A stretch of 64,000 nt of DNA from Flavobacteriales bacterium (GCA_020852835.1 JADZAC010000058.1:10743-74742); one strand, 5' to 3'. Counted from the stretch's first letter, positions 9,064-18,550 are shown. Notes: generated by a model not told the origin, from the letters alone. Program-made: numbers and translations.

Positions 9064-10083
9064 TCAAGCGACCGGGGCCATGGCTTCCGGGGTCATGGAT
9101 GCCTTGATGCGCTTCTCCAGCTCCTCACAGAGCTCGGCATTGTCGTCCAACAGTTGCCGAACCGCATCCCGGCCTTGTCCAAGCTTGGTCTCCTCGTAAG
9201 AGAACCAGCTGCCGCTCTTCTTGATGATGCCGAGTTCCACGCCCATGTCGATGATCTCTCCGGTCTTGCTGATGCCTTCGCCGTAGAGGATATCAAACTC
9301 CGCCTTGCGGAATGGCGGTGAAACCTTGTTCTTCACCACTTTCACCTTGGTGCGGTTGCCCAATACGTTTTCTCCTTCCTTGATCTGGTTGGCGCGGCGG
9401 ATATCCAGCCGGATGGAGGCGTAGAACTTCAAGGCATTGCCACCGGTGGTAGTCTCAGGGTTGCCGAACATCACACCGATCTTTTCACGCAACTGGTTGA
9501 TGAAGATGCAGCAGCAACCCGTTTTGCTGATGGTGGCCGTGAGCTTGCGCAAGGCCTTGCTCATCAGGCGGGCCTGCATGCCCACCACGCTGTCACCCAT
9601 TTCCCCCTCGATCTCGGCACGGGGCGTCAAAGCGGCAACGCTGTCCACTACCAGAATATCGATGGCCCCCGAGCGGATCAGGTTGTCCGCGATCTCCAAC
9701 GCCTGCTCCCCGTTGTCCGGCTGGCTGATCAACAGGTTCTCCGTATCCACCCCGAGGCTTTCGGCATAAAAACGATCAAAGGCGTGTTCGGCGTCGATGA
9801 TGGCGGCAATGCCCCCGTTGCGCTGGCATTCAGCAATGGCATGAATGGCCAACGTGGTCTTGCCACTGCTTTCCGGCCCGTAGATCTCCACGATCCGCCC
9901 TTTGGGGTAACCGCCCACGCCCAAGGCCAAGTCCAGCCCGATGGATCCCGACGGAATGACTTCCACCTTTTCGATGGCGTCGTCACCCATGCGCATGATC
10001 GCCCCCTTGCCAAAGGACTTCTCCATCTTATCCATCGTGAGCTGAAGTGCCTTCAGCTTCTCCTTGTTGATCTCCGTTGCCAT
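9064..10083 (-). CDS. recA: Recombinase RecA
   Basis: [34 protein letters not shown], the Walker A motif GPESSGKTT, and [38 protein letters not shown]. Confidence 0.98.
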   Translation of the reverse strand: MATEINKEKLKALQLTMDKMEKSFGKGAIMRMGDDAIEKVEVIPSGSIGLDLALGVGGYPKGRIVEIYGPESSGKTTLAIHAIAECQRNGGIAAIIDAEHAFDRFYAESLGVDTENLLISQPDNGEQALEIADNLIRSGAIDILVVDSVAALTPRAEIEGEMGDSVVGMQARLMSKALRKLTATISKTGCCCIFINQLREKIGVMFGNPETTTGGNALKFYASIRLDIRRANQIKEGENVLGNRTKVKVVKNKVSPPFRKAEFDILYGEGISKTGEIIDMGVELGIIKKSGSWFSYEETKLGQGRDAVRQLLDDNAELCEELEKRIKASMTPEAMAPVA

Positions 10084-10142
10084 GTGTTGTTTGTTTTCAG
10101 TTCTTTCAAGCCGTCAAACTATTGTTGACAGCCAGCTTGTTA

Positions 10143-10625
10143 TCAGCCAGTTACACCCTCACGATCCACAACATCTTTCAGCACTTGGTCGGCGTGGTCC
10201 TTGGTCCGCACTTGGGCAATGATCTGCCGAATGACGCCCTGTTCATCAATCAGAAAGGTAGTACGCAGAATACCGTTGTATTCGCGCCCCATGAATTTTT
10301 TACGACCCCATACCCCATAGGCCATGGCCACGGTCTTGTCTGGATCCGCCAGCAACCTGAAGGGCAGGCGGTACTTGCCGGCGAACTTCTGGTGCTTGGC
10401 CACCGTGTCGGGACTTACGCCCAGCACTTCATAGCCTGCTTTGCGCAGGTCAGCATGGCCGTCGCGCAGGCTGCACGCTTGTGCCGTGCAGCCCGGGGTA
10501 TCATCCTTGGGATAGAAGTACAACACCAGCTTTCGGCCCCGAAAATCCCGCAAGCTCACGGGCGCACCCTGCTCATCACTTCCGATGAACTCCGGGGCCT
10601 TGTCGCCCGCTTGAAGCGCACCCAT
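10143..10625 (-). CDS. bcp: Peroxiredoxin Bcp (thiol peroxidase)
   Basis: LQAGDKAPEF...LVLYFYPKDDTPGCTAQAC, containing the PxxxTxxC peroxidatic Cys motif. ATG 10625 gives an E. coli Bcp-like N-terminal length; ATG 10652 is an alternative. Confidence 0.88.
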   Translation of the reverse strand: MGALQAGDKAPEFIGSDEQGAPVSLRDFRGRKLVLYFYPKDDTPGCTAQACSLRDGHADLRKAGYEVLGVSPDTVAKHQKFAGKYRLPFRLLADPDKTVAMAYGVWGRKKFMGREYNGILRTTFLIDEQGVIRQIIAQVRTKDHADQVLKDVVDREGVTG

Positions 10626-10783
10626 GTACCCGCTTGACAATTTTACCGTCATTGCAATGACGTGCAATTAAGAGAAATGATTTCGATCCACCAATTTCCC
10701 GTGCCATAAAAGTTTTGAACAGGCAGGACCATCCGGGAAACCGCCCCCCCTCCACCAACCACGCACCTTCGTGGCTTGCGGGA

Positions 10784-10791
10784 TACTTTTG
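10784..10791 (+). promoter_or_regulatory. -7 promoter box TACTTTTG upstream of rarA
   Basis: Exact TAnnTTTG match 10 nt before ATG 10802. No clear -33 TTG. Confidence 0.35.
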
Positions 10792-10801
10792 CCTTTGCAG
10801 C

Positions 10802-12100
10802 ATGAACACCACCCCATTGGCCGAGCGGATGCGGCCCACCTCCTTGGAGCAGATCGTGGGGCAGAACCATTTGGTGGGGCCGCAAGGGGTCATTCGCCAG
10901 GCCATCGCCGGCAAGATGCTGCCCAGCATGATCCTCTGGGGGCCGCCCGGCGTGGGCAAGACCACCATGGCCCGCCTGTTGGCCAAGGAATTGGACCGCC
11001 CATTTTACACGCTCAGCGCCATCAGCAGCGGGGTGAAGGACATCCGGGAAGTGATCGCCCAAGCCGGCGGGAGCGGGCTCTTTTCACGCAGCGCCGTGCT
11101 CTTTATCGACGAGATCCACCGCTTCAGCAAAGCCCAGCAGGATTCCCTGCTCGGGGCCGTGGAAAAAGGAACAGTCACCTTGGTGGGCGCCACTACGGAA
11201 AACCCCTCCTTTGAAGTGATCGGCGCCCTGCTGTCGCGTTGCCAGGTATACGTGCTCGAACCGCTCACCGTGGAAGACCTCACCGGGCTTTTGCACCGGG
11301 CCATGCGGGACGACAGTGAGCTGCGTGCACAGCCGATCGAGCTGCAGGAAACCGACGCCTTGATGCGTGCCAGCGGAGGTGATGCCCGCCGCTTGCTGAA
11401 CACCTTTGAACTGTGCGTGAAGACCGCCTTGTCCGCCAGGCCCGCCGTCGATCGCGAGGGGCCTGTGCGGATCACCGATGCCTTGGTACAACAGGTGGTG
11501 CAAACCACGGCGGCCCGGTACGACAAACAGGGCGAACAGCACTACGACATGGTCAGCGCGTTCATCAAAAGCATGCGGGGCAGCGACCCGAACGCCGCCG
11601 TTTACTGGTTGGCGCGCATGGTGGAAGGCGGTGAGGACCCGCTGTTCATTGCGCGCCGCATGCTGATCCTGGCCAGTGAAGACATCGGCAATGCCGACCC
11701 CAATGCCTTGTTGCTGGCCACCACCACCATGCAGGCCGTACAGATGATCGGATGGCCGGAGGGGCGCATCATCCTCTCACAATGCGCCGTGTACCTGGCC
11801 TGCGCCCCCAAAAGCAATGCCAGCTACAAAGCCATCGGCGAAGCCCAGCAGGCCGTGGTCCGCACCGGTGATCTGCCCGTGCCCATCCACCTGCGCAATG
11901 CCCCCACCAAACTGATGAAAGACCTGGGCTATGGCAAGGAATACCAGTACAGCCATGATGCCCCCGGCCACCATTCCGACCAGGAATTCCTGCCGGACGG
12001 CCTGAGCGGCACAACATTCTACAAGCCGGGCGACAACCGGCGGGAACAAGCCTTCGCCGCGTACCTGGCCCAAGTGTGGGGCACCAAATACGGCCGGTAG
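10802..12100 (+). CDS. rarA: Replication-associated recombination protein A (AAA+ ATPase RarA/MgsA)
   Basis: Trimmed to ATG 10802 (MNTTPLAERMRPTSLEQIVGQNHL). It has the Walker A motif GPPGVGKTT, LFIDEIHRFSKAQQD and the C-terminal MgsA region YWLARMVEGGEDPLFIARR. Confidence 0.95.
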   Translation: MNTTPLAERMRPTSLEQIVGQNHLVGPQGVIRQAIAGKMLPSMILWGPPGVGKTTMARLLAKELDRPFYTLSAISSGVKDIREVIAQAGGSGLFSRSAVLFIDEIHRFSKAQQDSLLGAVEKGTVTLVGATTENPSFEVIGALLSRCQVYVLEPLTVEDLTGLLHRAMRDDSELRAQPIELQETDALMRASGGDARRLLNTFELCVKTALSARPAVDREGPVRITDALVQQVVQTTAARYDKQGEQHYDMVSAFIKSMRGSDPNAAVYWLARMVEGGEDPLFIARRMLILASEDIGNADPNALLLATTTMQAVQMIGWPEGRIILSQCAVYLACAPKSNASYKAIGEAQQAVVRTGDLPVPIHLRNAPTKLMKDLGYGKEYQYSHDAPGHHSDQEFLPDGLSGTTFYKPGDNRREQAFAAYLAQVWGTKYGR

Positions 12101-12101
12101 G

Positions 12102-12545
12102 TCACGATGCACGCTCGGCTTCCATGAAGCTGCGGTGCAAGTCGTACACAATGCCCAAGCCCACCATCAGGCCGCCCACGCTTTGTTCCACCACCTGCCA
12201 GATCAGGTCCACCACCACGTGGTGCACGCCATGGTCGGCGAAGGACAAACCCGTGAACAACACCAGCAAGTAGACCCCGGCACCGAACACAGCTCCCAGC
12301 ACCATGGCCTTCAGCGGGAACGCCCCCTTAAGATTGATCCATTCCCGGCCGAGGAAAAAATGCACCGTCCAGGTGAGCACCATGGCCAGTACCAGGTAAA
12401 CCACAGCGGAAACACCGGCATACTTCAGCCCGCTCATACGCAGTTCGGCCACATCCGTGAGCGCCACCCCGTGCCACACATAGGAAAGGCCCGCCATCAC
12501 CAACGCGCTCAGCAGCCAAGGGACGAGGAATCTTCGTCTAAACAC
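12102..12545 (-). CDS. Hypothetical integral membrane protein (about 4 TM segments)
   Basis: GTG start. The sequence is hydrophobic (PWLLSALVMAGLSYVW, AVVYLVLAMVLTWTV, VLGAVFGAGVYLLVLF). A TATTTTTG box lies 25 nt upstream. Confidence 0.55.
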   Translation of the reverse strand: MFRRRFLVPWLLSALVMAGLSYVWHGVALTDVAELRMSGLKYAGVSAVVYLVLAMVLTWTVHFFLGREWINLKGAFPLKAMVLGAVFGAGVYLLVLFTGLSFADHGVHHVVVDLIWQVVEQSVGGLMVGLGIVYDLHRSFMEAERAS

Positions 12546-12570
12546 CGGTTTGCCGTATGGGGCAGCAAGG

Positions 12571-12578
12571 CAAAAATA
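12571..12578 (-). promoter_or_regulatory. -7 promoter box TATTTTTG upstream of the 12545 membrane-protein gene
   Basis: Exact TAnnTTTG match on the minus strand, 25 nt before GTG 12545. Confidence 0.35.
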
Positions 12579-12631
12579 GCAACATGCCTTCCTTCGGCCA
12601 TGGAACCGGCCGTTGGTTTACCTTGGCCACC

Positions 12632-14236
12632 ATGATCCGGAAACCAGGGGCTTTGGCCCAATTGGCGATCATTACGCTGGCCTTGGGAATGGGCGCCTGC
12701 CGGAAAGACGCCGCCAGACCGCAATGGGATGTGGACATTACAGCACCCCTGGTGAAGACCTCGCTCACCATCGGCGACCTGATCCCGGACAGTATTTTGT
12801 CCAGTGATGCCGGCGGCAACATCAGCATCCTGTACACCTTCGAGCTGTTCTCCCTCGCGTTGGATACCGTGCTCACGGCACCGGACACCAGCTTCCGCTA
12901 CACCTACGCCCTGCCCTTCGCCGGCCCGGTGCAACTGCAACCCGGCACCACCATCAATGCCAGCAACGAGGTTACCGAATTCGACCTGCAAGACCTCCAG
13001 CTCACCCAGTTGATCATCCGGTCGGGCCAACTGGAAATGGTGGCGACCAACATGATAAACGGGCCCGTTACCGGCGATTTCACCCTGCCGGCAGCCACCT
13101 TGGCCGGCACCCCGTTCCACATGCAGTTGATGGCGGCGCCCGGCACACCCTCCAGCCCCAGCACCACCACGGCCAGCCGAGCGTTGGACGGCTATGCATT
13201 CGACCTGCGCGGCCCCGACCTCAACACGGTGAATGCCATGGCCAGCGCCTTGAACTACACCATAGCGCCTGGCGGGGCCCCGGTCACCATTACTGACCAA
13301 GACAGCTTGCTGGCCGTGGTGGCCTACCACGGCATCATTCCCCAATATGCCAGCGGTTCGTTCGGCACCCATGACATACCTGTGGACCCCGCCACCACAG
13401 ACCTCGACCTGTTCTCTTCCGTTAGCGGCACCTTGGACCTGGACCAGGTGAGCGCCCGGCTGAGGATCACCAACGGCATTGGCGTGGACGCCCGGGCCAA
13501 CATCCACTACATCCGCTCGGAGAACAGCACGAGCGGCCAATCCGTGGACTTAACGGGTTCCATTACTGCAGGCCCGGTGAACATTGATCGGGCGCTGGAC
13601 CTCGGTCACACCTTTCTAGCGGCCCAAAACCTGTTCGACCTCAACGAGGGCAACAGCAACATCGACCTTTTCCTGGAAAACCTGCCTGACCGGATCGGGT
13701 ACGCCATGGACCTGACCATCAACCCCTTGGGCGATGTAAGCAACGGCCACGATTTTCTCTACTACGAAAGCCGGTTGAACGCCGCCTTGGAGGTGGACAT
13801 TCCGTTGCGCTTGATCGCCAACGACCTCACCTTGCGCAAACTATTGGCAGTGGACCTGCCCGGCACCGCCGATGCACACGCCTTGCAGAGCGGCACCTTG
13901 CACCTGTTTGCAGAGAACGGATTCCCCTTCAGCGCCCATGTGGAACTGGCGGTCACCGGTCCCGACGGGCAAGTGATCACCGTGTTGCCCACCGGCGGCA
14001 CGGTACTGGCCGGTACACTGGGGCCCAACGGCCTGGTGGCCGGTAGCACCTCCTCTAGACTGGATTTTCAAGTGGACCCCGAGTTGATGTCGGTGATCCA
14101 CCAAACCGGCACCCTGCAGATCACTGCTGTGTTCAATACGGCCGACCAAGGGCAGCACGTGCAGATCTTGGACAGCTACCGTATGGACCTGCAGTTGACC
14201 ATGGATGCCAATTATATGGTGAACGGGAATGAATAG
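12632..14236 (+). CDS. Hypothetical lipoprotein (534 aa)
   Basis: Trimmed to ATG 12632: MIRKPGALAQLAIITLALGMGAC (lipobox). The coding frame is uninterrupted and the stop overlaps the next gene by 8 nt. I recognise no family. Confidence 0.65.
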   Translation: MIRKPGALAQLAIITLALGMGACRKDAARPQWDVDITAPLVKTSLTIGDLIPDSILSSDAGGNISILYTFELFSLALDTVLTAPDTSFRYTYALPFAGPVQLQPGTTINASNEVTEFDLQDLQLTQLIIRSGQLEMVATNMINGPVTGDFTLPAATLAGTPFHMQLMAAPGTPSSPSTTTASRALDGYAFDLRGPDLNTVNAMASALNYTIAPGGAPVTITDQDSLLAVVAYHGIIPQYASGSFGTHDIPVDPATTDLDLFSSVSGTLDLDQVSARLRITNGIGVDARANIHYIRSENSTSGQSVDLTGSITAGPVNIDRALDLGHTFLAAQNLFDLNEGNSNIDLFLENLPDRIGYAMDLTINPLGDVSNGHDFLYYESRLNAALEVDIPLRLIANDLTLRKLLAVDLPGTADAHALQSGTLHLFAENGFPFSAHVELAVTGPDGQVITVLPTGGTVLAGTLGPNGLVAGSTSSRLDFQVDPELMSVIHQTGTLQITAVFNTADQGQHVQILDSYRMDLQLTMDANYMVNGNE

Positions 14237-15470
14237 TGCTTGGTGGTGGTTCGCTTGCCTGCTGCCGAGCATCGCCAACGCCCAAACGGACACTGCCAGC
14301 GTCCCCCATGCACCATGGCAGCAGCGCCTTACCGTGGTGGGCGGTGCGGGATACGATTCGAATGTGCTGGGCAATGACCTTGTTTGGGGGTTGATCCAAG
14401 GAGGCGCCCTGAGCAGAGAGGTGCGCCTGCGTAATTCGGACGCATTGGGCGCCAACAACCGTTTTGGCATGTTGGCGGAAGGTACCGCCACCATGGCTTG
14501 GGGCGGGAATGTATTCGGCTGGAAAGGATGGATCCCACGCATCAGCCTTTCCCACCGCGAACTGCTCGGGGTGCGCTTCAATCGGGATGCTTTTGATCTT
14601 TCCTTCTTCGGCAATGCGCAGTTTGCAGACCGTACGGCCAGCATCGGCCCCGGCGCATTCGAACAATTGCGCTTTCAGCACTTGGCCTTCGGGGTGGAGC
14701 ACCGCGCCACAGGCACCTATGTTGAACTGGGCGTGGTGAACGGCATGCGGCTCAGTACCGGCCAGGTGCATAAAGCCGATCTGTATACCGCGCCGGACGG
14801 CCGGTTCGTGGAACTTGATCTGGACGGCCGCTACGAGCGCAGCGACACCGCCGCCAACTCCCTGTCCTCCGGGCTGGGCCTGGCGTTGAACCTGCAATGG
14901 CGCCATGCGCTCAGGCTGCTGGGCGGTGCACAGATGCTCACGTGCACCGCCACCGGCCTCGGCTTCGTGGTGTGGGGGCCGAATACGCTTTCCGTTCAGC
15001 AGGACAGCATTATCCATTTTGAAGGGCTGGCCGTTGACCATGTGCTGGACCTGGACAAGTTGATCTTGGATGAGCACAGGCTGCAGGACAGCCTTGGGTT
15101 GGGCTACAAGCCAGGCAGCCTCACACAGCTGCTTCCGGCCCACGTGGCTGCCAAGCTCGAATTCGGCCACGTGTTGGAGCACAGGTCCTACCAAGCCCGA
15201 TACGCCTATGGCTGCTCGATCGAGCAGCTGTTCCTCACCGGCTATCTGCCGCGGGCATCCGTGGAGCGGAACTTGGCGCTGGGCGAACGGGTGCTGGCCA
15301 GTATTGGCGTCGGGGCGGGCGGTTTCGGCGGTCTGCGCATGCTGCTGGGCGTTGAAGCTGCCTTGGGGAAACACCTCCACTTGGGCGTAGGCATGCCCAA
15401 TGTGATCGGGCTGTTGTCCGAAAAAGCCCCTGGCAAGGCCATAGCTGGCCGCGTGGAGGTCTACTGGTAA
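14229..15470 (+). CDS. Hypothetical outer-membrane beta-barrel-like protein (413 aa)
   Basis: It has a signal peptide (MNSAWWWFACLLPSIANAQ), alternating amphipathic segments and a C-terminal aromatic residue (...GRVEVYW). It overlaps the upstream lipoprotein gene. Confidence 0.6.
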   Translation: MNSAWWWFACLLPSIANAQTDTASVPHAPWQQRLTVVGGAGYDSNVLGNDLVWGLIQGGALSREVRLRNSDALGANNRFGMLAEGTATMAWGGNVFGWKGWIPRISLSHRELLGVRFNRDAFDLSFFGNAQFADRTASIGPGAFEQLRFQHLAFGVEHRATGTYVELGVVNGMRLSTGQVHKADLYTAPDGRFVELDLDGRYERSDTAANSLSSGLGLALNLQWRHALRLLGGAQMLTCTATGLGFVVWGPNTLSVQQDSIIHFEGLAVDHVLDLDKLILDEHRLQDSLGLGYKPGSLTQLLPAHVAAKLEFGHVLEHRSYQARYAYGCSIEQLFLTGYLPRASVERNLALGERVLASIGVGAGGFGGLRMLLGVEAALGKHLHLGVGMPNVIGLLSEKAPGKAIAGRVEVYW

Positions 15471-15478
15471 CCCCCCTT

Positions 15479-16546
15479 TCAGTTTTCGGCCAAGGCCTCG
15501 CTCTCGTACGTCTGCCGGGAACAGCTGCTGCCGTTCTTGAAATAGAACACCCCGCTGAACTTGCGTGCGACACGGCGGTATTCGGTGACCACATCGTCCT
15601 TTTCCACCTTGATCACCGTTACCACCTCGTTGGGCTGCACGATCACATCCTGATGCCTCACAGCAAGGCTGGGGCTCGCCTCGAATTTCGGCCTCGGCTC
15701 ATGCAGGGTGTGCGCCGTGGCCGCTTGCACCTTGGAGGGCTCCTCCAAGGTCCGGGATGCGGTTGGCCTGCGGGAATCCGAGGCCTGCATCGCGGGTGCC
15801 ATGCTGCGGGCAGGTGCCGGCTTGGCCACGGGCGGCCGGGGAGGCGGTTCCGCCTTGGGCTTGGTATGGGTTGCAGCAACCTGCTCCGCAGGCGCCGGAG
15901 CTGGCGGTACGGACGGCTGGGGTTGAGGCTTGGGCTTTACTTCTTGCTTGGCCAGCTTCGCCTGTTCGGCCTTGGCTTTCTCCACAGCGGCCTGCTGCTT
16001 GGCCTGGTCCTTGGCTGCCTGCTGCTGCTGCTTGGCCGCATCGGCTTCTGCACGGGCCTCCTCCTTCTGCTTGTGCTCCACTTCGGCCTGGGCCGTTTCC
16101 AAGGCGCTCTGGATGCTCTTGGTGTAGTCCGTATCGTAGTCAAAATCGCCCAAGGCCTGGTTAAAGCGGATCATGCCCACCGGTTGGTTGAAGACCACGG
16201 TGTTCATTCCTTCGTATTGCTTGAACAAGGACACCACAAACTGGAACGGGGTGAGGCTGCCTTGCATGGCGAGTGCCGGCACCTGTGTATTGAACAACAA
16301 TTTCTTGGTGACGAACCCTGCCTTCTCAAAGGAGAGAATATAGCTGGCCCCGAGGTCCAGTTCCAATGAAAAGCGGTTCAGGTCCGCCGAAATGGTACGG
16401 TCCTTCACGCCATCCTTGTACACCACCATGCGGCAGCCGTCCAGCCCGCCTCCGTCCACCTTCAGGCGGCCGTTGATGACGAACTTGGATTGCGCCATGG
16501 CTGCAGTGGAGAGCACCAAGGCCACTACCACCCAGCCCCACCGCAT
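15479..16546 (-). CDS. Secreted protein with an N-terminal carboxypeptidase-regulatory-like beta domain, a charged K/Q/A/E coiled segment and a Pro-rich linker
   Basis: ATG 16546 gives the signal peptide MRWGWVVVALVLSTAAMAQ. The N-terminal domain (FVINGRLKVDGGG...YILSFEKAGFVTKKLLF) is paralogous to that of the 36377..36940 product. Confidence 0.65.
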   Translation of the reverse strand: MRWGWVVVALVLSTAAMAQSKFVINGRLKVDGGGLDGCRMVVYKDGVKDRTISADLNRFSLELDLGASYILSFEKAGFVTKKLLFNTQVPALAMQGSLTPFQFVVSLFKQYEGMNTVVFNQPVGMIRFNQALGDFDYDTDYTKSIQSALETAQAEVEHKQKEEARAEADAAKQQQQAAKDQAKQQAAVEKAKAEQAKLAKQEVKPKPQPQPSVPPAPAPAEQVAATHTKPKAEPPPRPPVAKPAPARSMAPAMQASDSRRPTASRTLEEPSKVQAATAHTLHEPRPKFEASPSLAVRHQDVIVQPNEVVTVIKVEKDDVVTEYRRVARKFSGVFYFKNGSSCSRQTYESEALAEN

Positions 16547-16582
16547 CGTATGGCTGCGGATCCACGCGCGCATGGCGGCCGA

Positions 16583-16726
16583 TCAAGAAACCACCACCGT
16601 GGTGGAAAGCAGGCCTTTGGCCACCATGGCCGCCGCCAATCCCACGGCCAATACCGCTGCCATGATCAACGTGCGCTTGGCCACCGAGTTGTTTTGTCCG
16701 TTCATGACCTTGAGATTTTCCCACAT
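16583..16726 (-). CDS. Possible small single-TM protein (47 aa)
   Basis: MWENLKVMNGQNNSVAKRTLIMAAVLAVGLAAAMVAKGLL. It lies 36 nt upstream of and co-directional with the next gene. The start is ambiguous (16783, 16726 or 16705). Confidence 0.3.
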   Translation of the reverse strand: MWENLKVMNGQNNSVAKRTLIMAAVLAVGLAAAMVAKGLLSTTVVVS

Positions 16727-16831
16727 GTACGCCCAACTCCCCGTTGGGGTTTCAATCATCCACACGGCCGAACATCCCGGCATTGCCGCTGAAACCCTCG
16801 CCGGCCCCGTCCCGTTTCAGGCTCATACCAC

Positions 16832-17362
16832 ATGATCCGCACTAGTTCCGTCATCGCCTTGTTCGCAATTTCCGGCATGTTGCCTGCCCAGGAAATGGCC
16901 TCCGCAGCGGCCACAGCGCCGGAAGAACTGTTCCGCAGCGGCGTAAAGGCCTACAACATGGGCAACTACTCCGCCGCCATTGGCCTGTTCACCCAAGTGA
17001 TCAACCAGGAACCGGACCACCTGAATGCGCACCTGCAAAGGGGATTCTGCCACAGCCTGCAAGAGGATTACCCGGCTGCCATCGCCGATTTCTCCGCTGT
17101 GATCCAGCGCAAGGCCGACCACCTGTGGGCATACACCAGCAGGGGCAGTGCCTACAGCAAATGGGGGAAACCCGAATTGGCCATTGCCGACTTCAATATG
17201 GTACTGGGCCTGGACCCCGCGAACCAGGAAGCCTACAACAACCGCGGCTGGGCCAAAAAGGCCCTCGGGGACCAGGAGGGAGCTTGCGCCGACTGGAACA
17301 AGAGCCGCAAGTTGGGCAATGCCGAGGCTAAGATCATACTGAAGAACAACCCATGCAATTGA
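16832..17362 (+). CDS. Secreted TPR-repeat protein
   Basis: A signal peptide (MIRTSSVIALFAISGMLPAQE) followed by 3-4 TPR units (AAIGLFTQVINQEPDH, AAIADFSAVIQRKADH, LAIADFNMVLGLDPAN). Confidence 0.8.
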   Translation: MIRTSSVIALFAISGMLPAQEMASAAATAPEELFRSGVKAYNMGNYSAAIGLFTQVINQEPDHLNAHLQRGFCHSLQEDYPAAIADFSAVIQRKADHLWAYTSRGSAYSKWGKPELAIADFNMVLGLDPANQEAYNNRGWAKKALGDQEGACADWNKSRKLGNAEAKIILKNNPCN

Positions 17363-17763
17363 GGATCCTGTTCCTTTCGGCCGTGCTCGGCGCATCAACT
17401 TGGATGACGGCCGCAGCGCAAGACCAAAGCTATGCCGACTGTTTGGTGAAAGCCGGCAGCAGCTGGGGACAACCGTGCACCAAGTGTGAGACCTACACAG
17501 GGTTCAAGCGCGACTATTCAGGGGTATACCAGGTCCAGTTCCGCAACATCTGCAATGAGATCCTGGAGGTCAAGGTGGCCATGGAAGAACAGAACGGCAC
17601 TTGGCGCACTTTTCCCGTAAAAGCCTTGGCCAATGGGGATACGCTGTCCGCCTTTGCATGCAACGGTACCGGCAAAGTGCAGTATTGGGCACGGCGGGTG
17701 AACGACACGGAGATCCTGCTGCCCACCGACGGACAGATCGTGAGCGCAACGCCCGGCCGCTGA
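17353..17763 (+). CDS. Hypothetical secreted Cys-containing protein (136 aa)
   Basis: Signal peptide MQLRILFLSAVLGASTWMTAAAQ. It overlaps the upstream TPR gene by 10 nt. Confidence 0.55.
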   Translation: MQLRILFLSAVLGASTWMTAAAQDQSYADCLVKAGSSWGQPCTKCETYTGFKRDYSGVYQVQFRNICNEILEVKVAMEEQNGTWRTFPVKALANGDTLSAFACNGTGKVQYWARRVNDTEILLPTDGQIVSATPGR

Positions 17764-18056
17764 ACCACGGCCGCCACAAGAGCAGCGACCGGCATCGGGG
17801 AATGGTGCAGGACAGTCCGCCACGGCCCATCACGCCCTTTGTTGCGAAAGCAGCCGATCGGGTTTTCCGACTACCGCACAAGCCGCATTGAAAGCTTGAG
17901 GTCCGGAGGCCATGCTAACGGCACATGGACCGTTGCTCGATGTGCCCGGGACCTTGCGGCAAGCAGGCATTAACATGCGCTTGTTTGCAGATTCCCCGCC
18001 GATCCCCGAATAAAAAGAGCTCATGGCGCTTAACATTGGCAAAACCGGATGCTGCC

Positions 18057-18449
18057 ATGGCGATCAAGCAGATGCATATCGGCCGTACTTCCACCTCACC
18101 GGAAGTACAATTGGACTTGGAACGGGGCACCATAGATATTACCGGGCGGTCGCTCCCGGCAAATGGAGAATTGTTCTACGAGCGGGTATACCGCTGGTTG
18201 GATGAATACCTGAAACAGCCCTGTGACCGGACCACGGTGAACATGCGGTTGGACTATATGGATACCAGCAGCTCCAAACATTTCTACAACATTTTCGACC
18301 GGTTGAGCGCAGCCAACGAGCAAGGCGGCAACGTTTGCGTGAACTGGCATTTCGAAACCGGTGATGAAGAGATGGCGGAAACCGGCAAGGACTACCAGAG
18401 CTTCTTCCCCATTGAGTTCCAATTCATTGAAGTGAGGGACCTGTATTGA
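18057..18449 (+). CDS. DUF1987 / SiaC-like regulatory protein
   Basis: Trimmed to ATG 18057. MAIKQMHIGRTSTSPEVQLDLERGTIDITGRSLPANGELFYERVYRWLDEYL...LDYMDTSSSKHFYNIF...VNWHFETGDEEMAETG matches my memory of the SiaC/DUF1987 family pattern. Confidence 0.65.
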   Translation: MAIKQMHIGRTSTSPEVQLDLERGTIDITGRSLPANGELFYERVYRWLDEYLKQPCDRTTVNMRLDYMDTSSSKHFYNIFDRLSAANEQGGNVCVNWHFETGDEEMAETGKDYQSFFPIEFQFIEVRDLY

Positions 18450-18511
18450 GGGCCCACCAGCTTGTTGGCCCGCGTTCAGGTTGCCGGGCCTGCTGCCCGA
18501 TGTGCACGGCT

Positions 18512-18550
18512 GGAAAAGGCAAAGGGTTCCAACTTGCGCTGGAACCCTTG
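18512..18550 (-). terminator. Intrinsic terminator downstream of tRNA-Arg
   Basis: A 10-bp stem AAGGGTTCCA (18522..18531) / TGGAACCCTT (18540..18549) with an 8-nt loop. On the minus strand it is followed by TGCCTTTTCC. Confidence 0.65.

Noticed and set aside
17764-18056. A possible c-di-GMP (GEMM-I-like) riboswitch upstream of the SiaC-like gene.
   Set aside because: The segment CCGCACAAGCC only loosely resembles the conserved GACGCAAAGCC core. I could not find the paired GGCAAA/GNRA-receptor architecture, so it is kept only as an unexplained long leader.
17925-18056. An N-terminal extension of the DUF1987 ORF (MDRCSMCPGPCGKQALTCACLQ...).
   Set aside because: The extension is Cys/Pro/Arg-rich and unlike the family. 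The family-typical N-terminus begins at ATG 18057.
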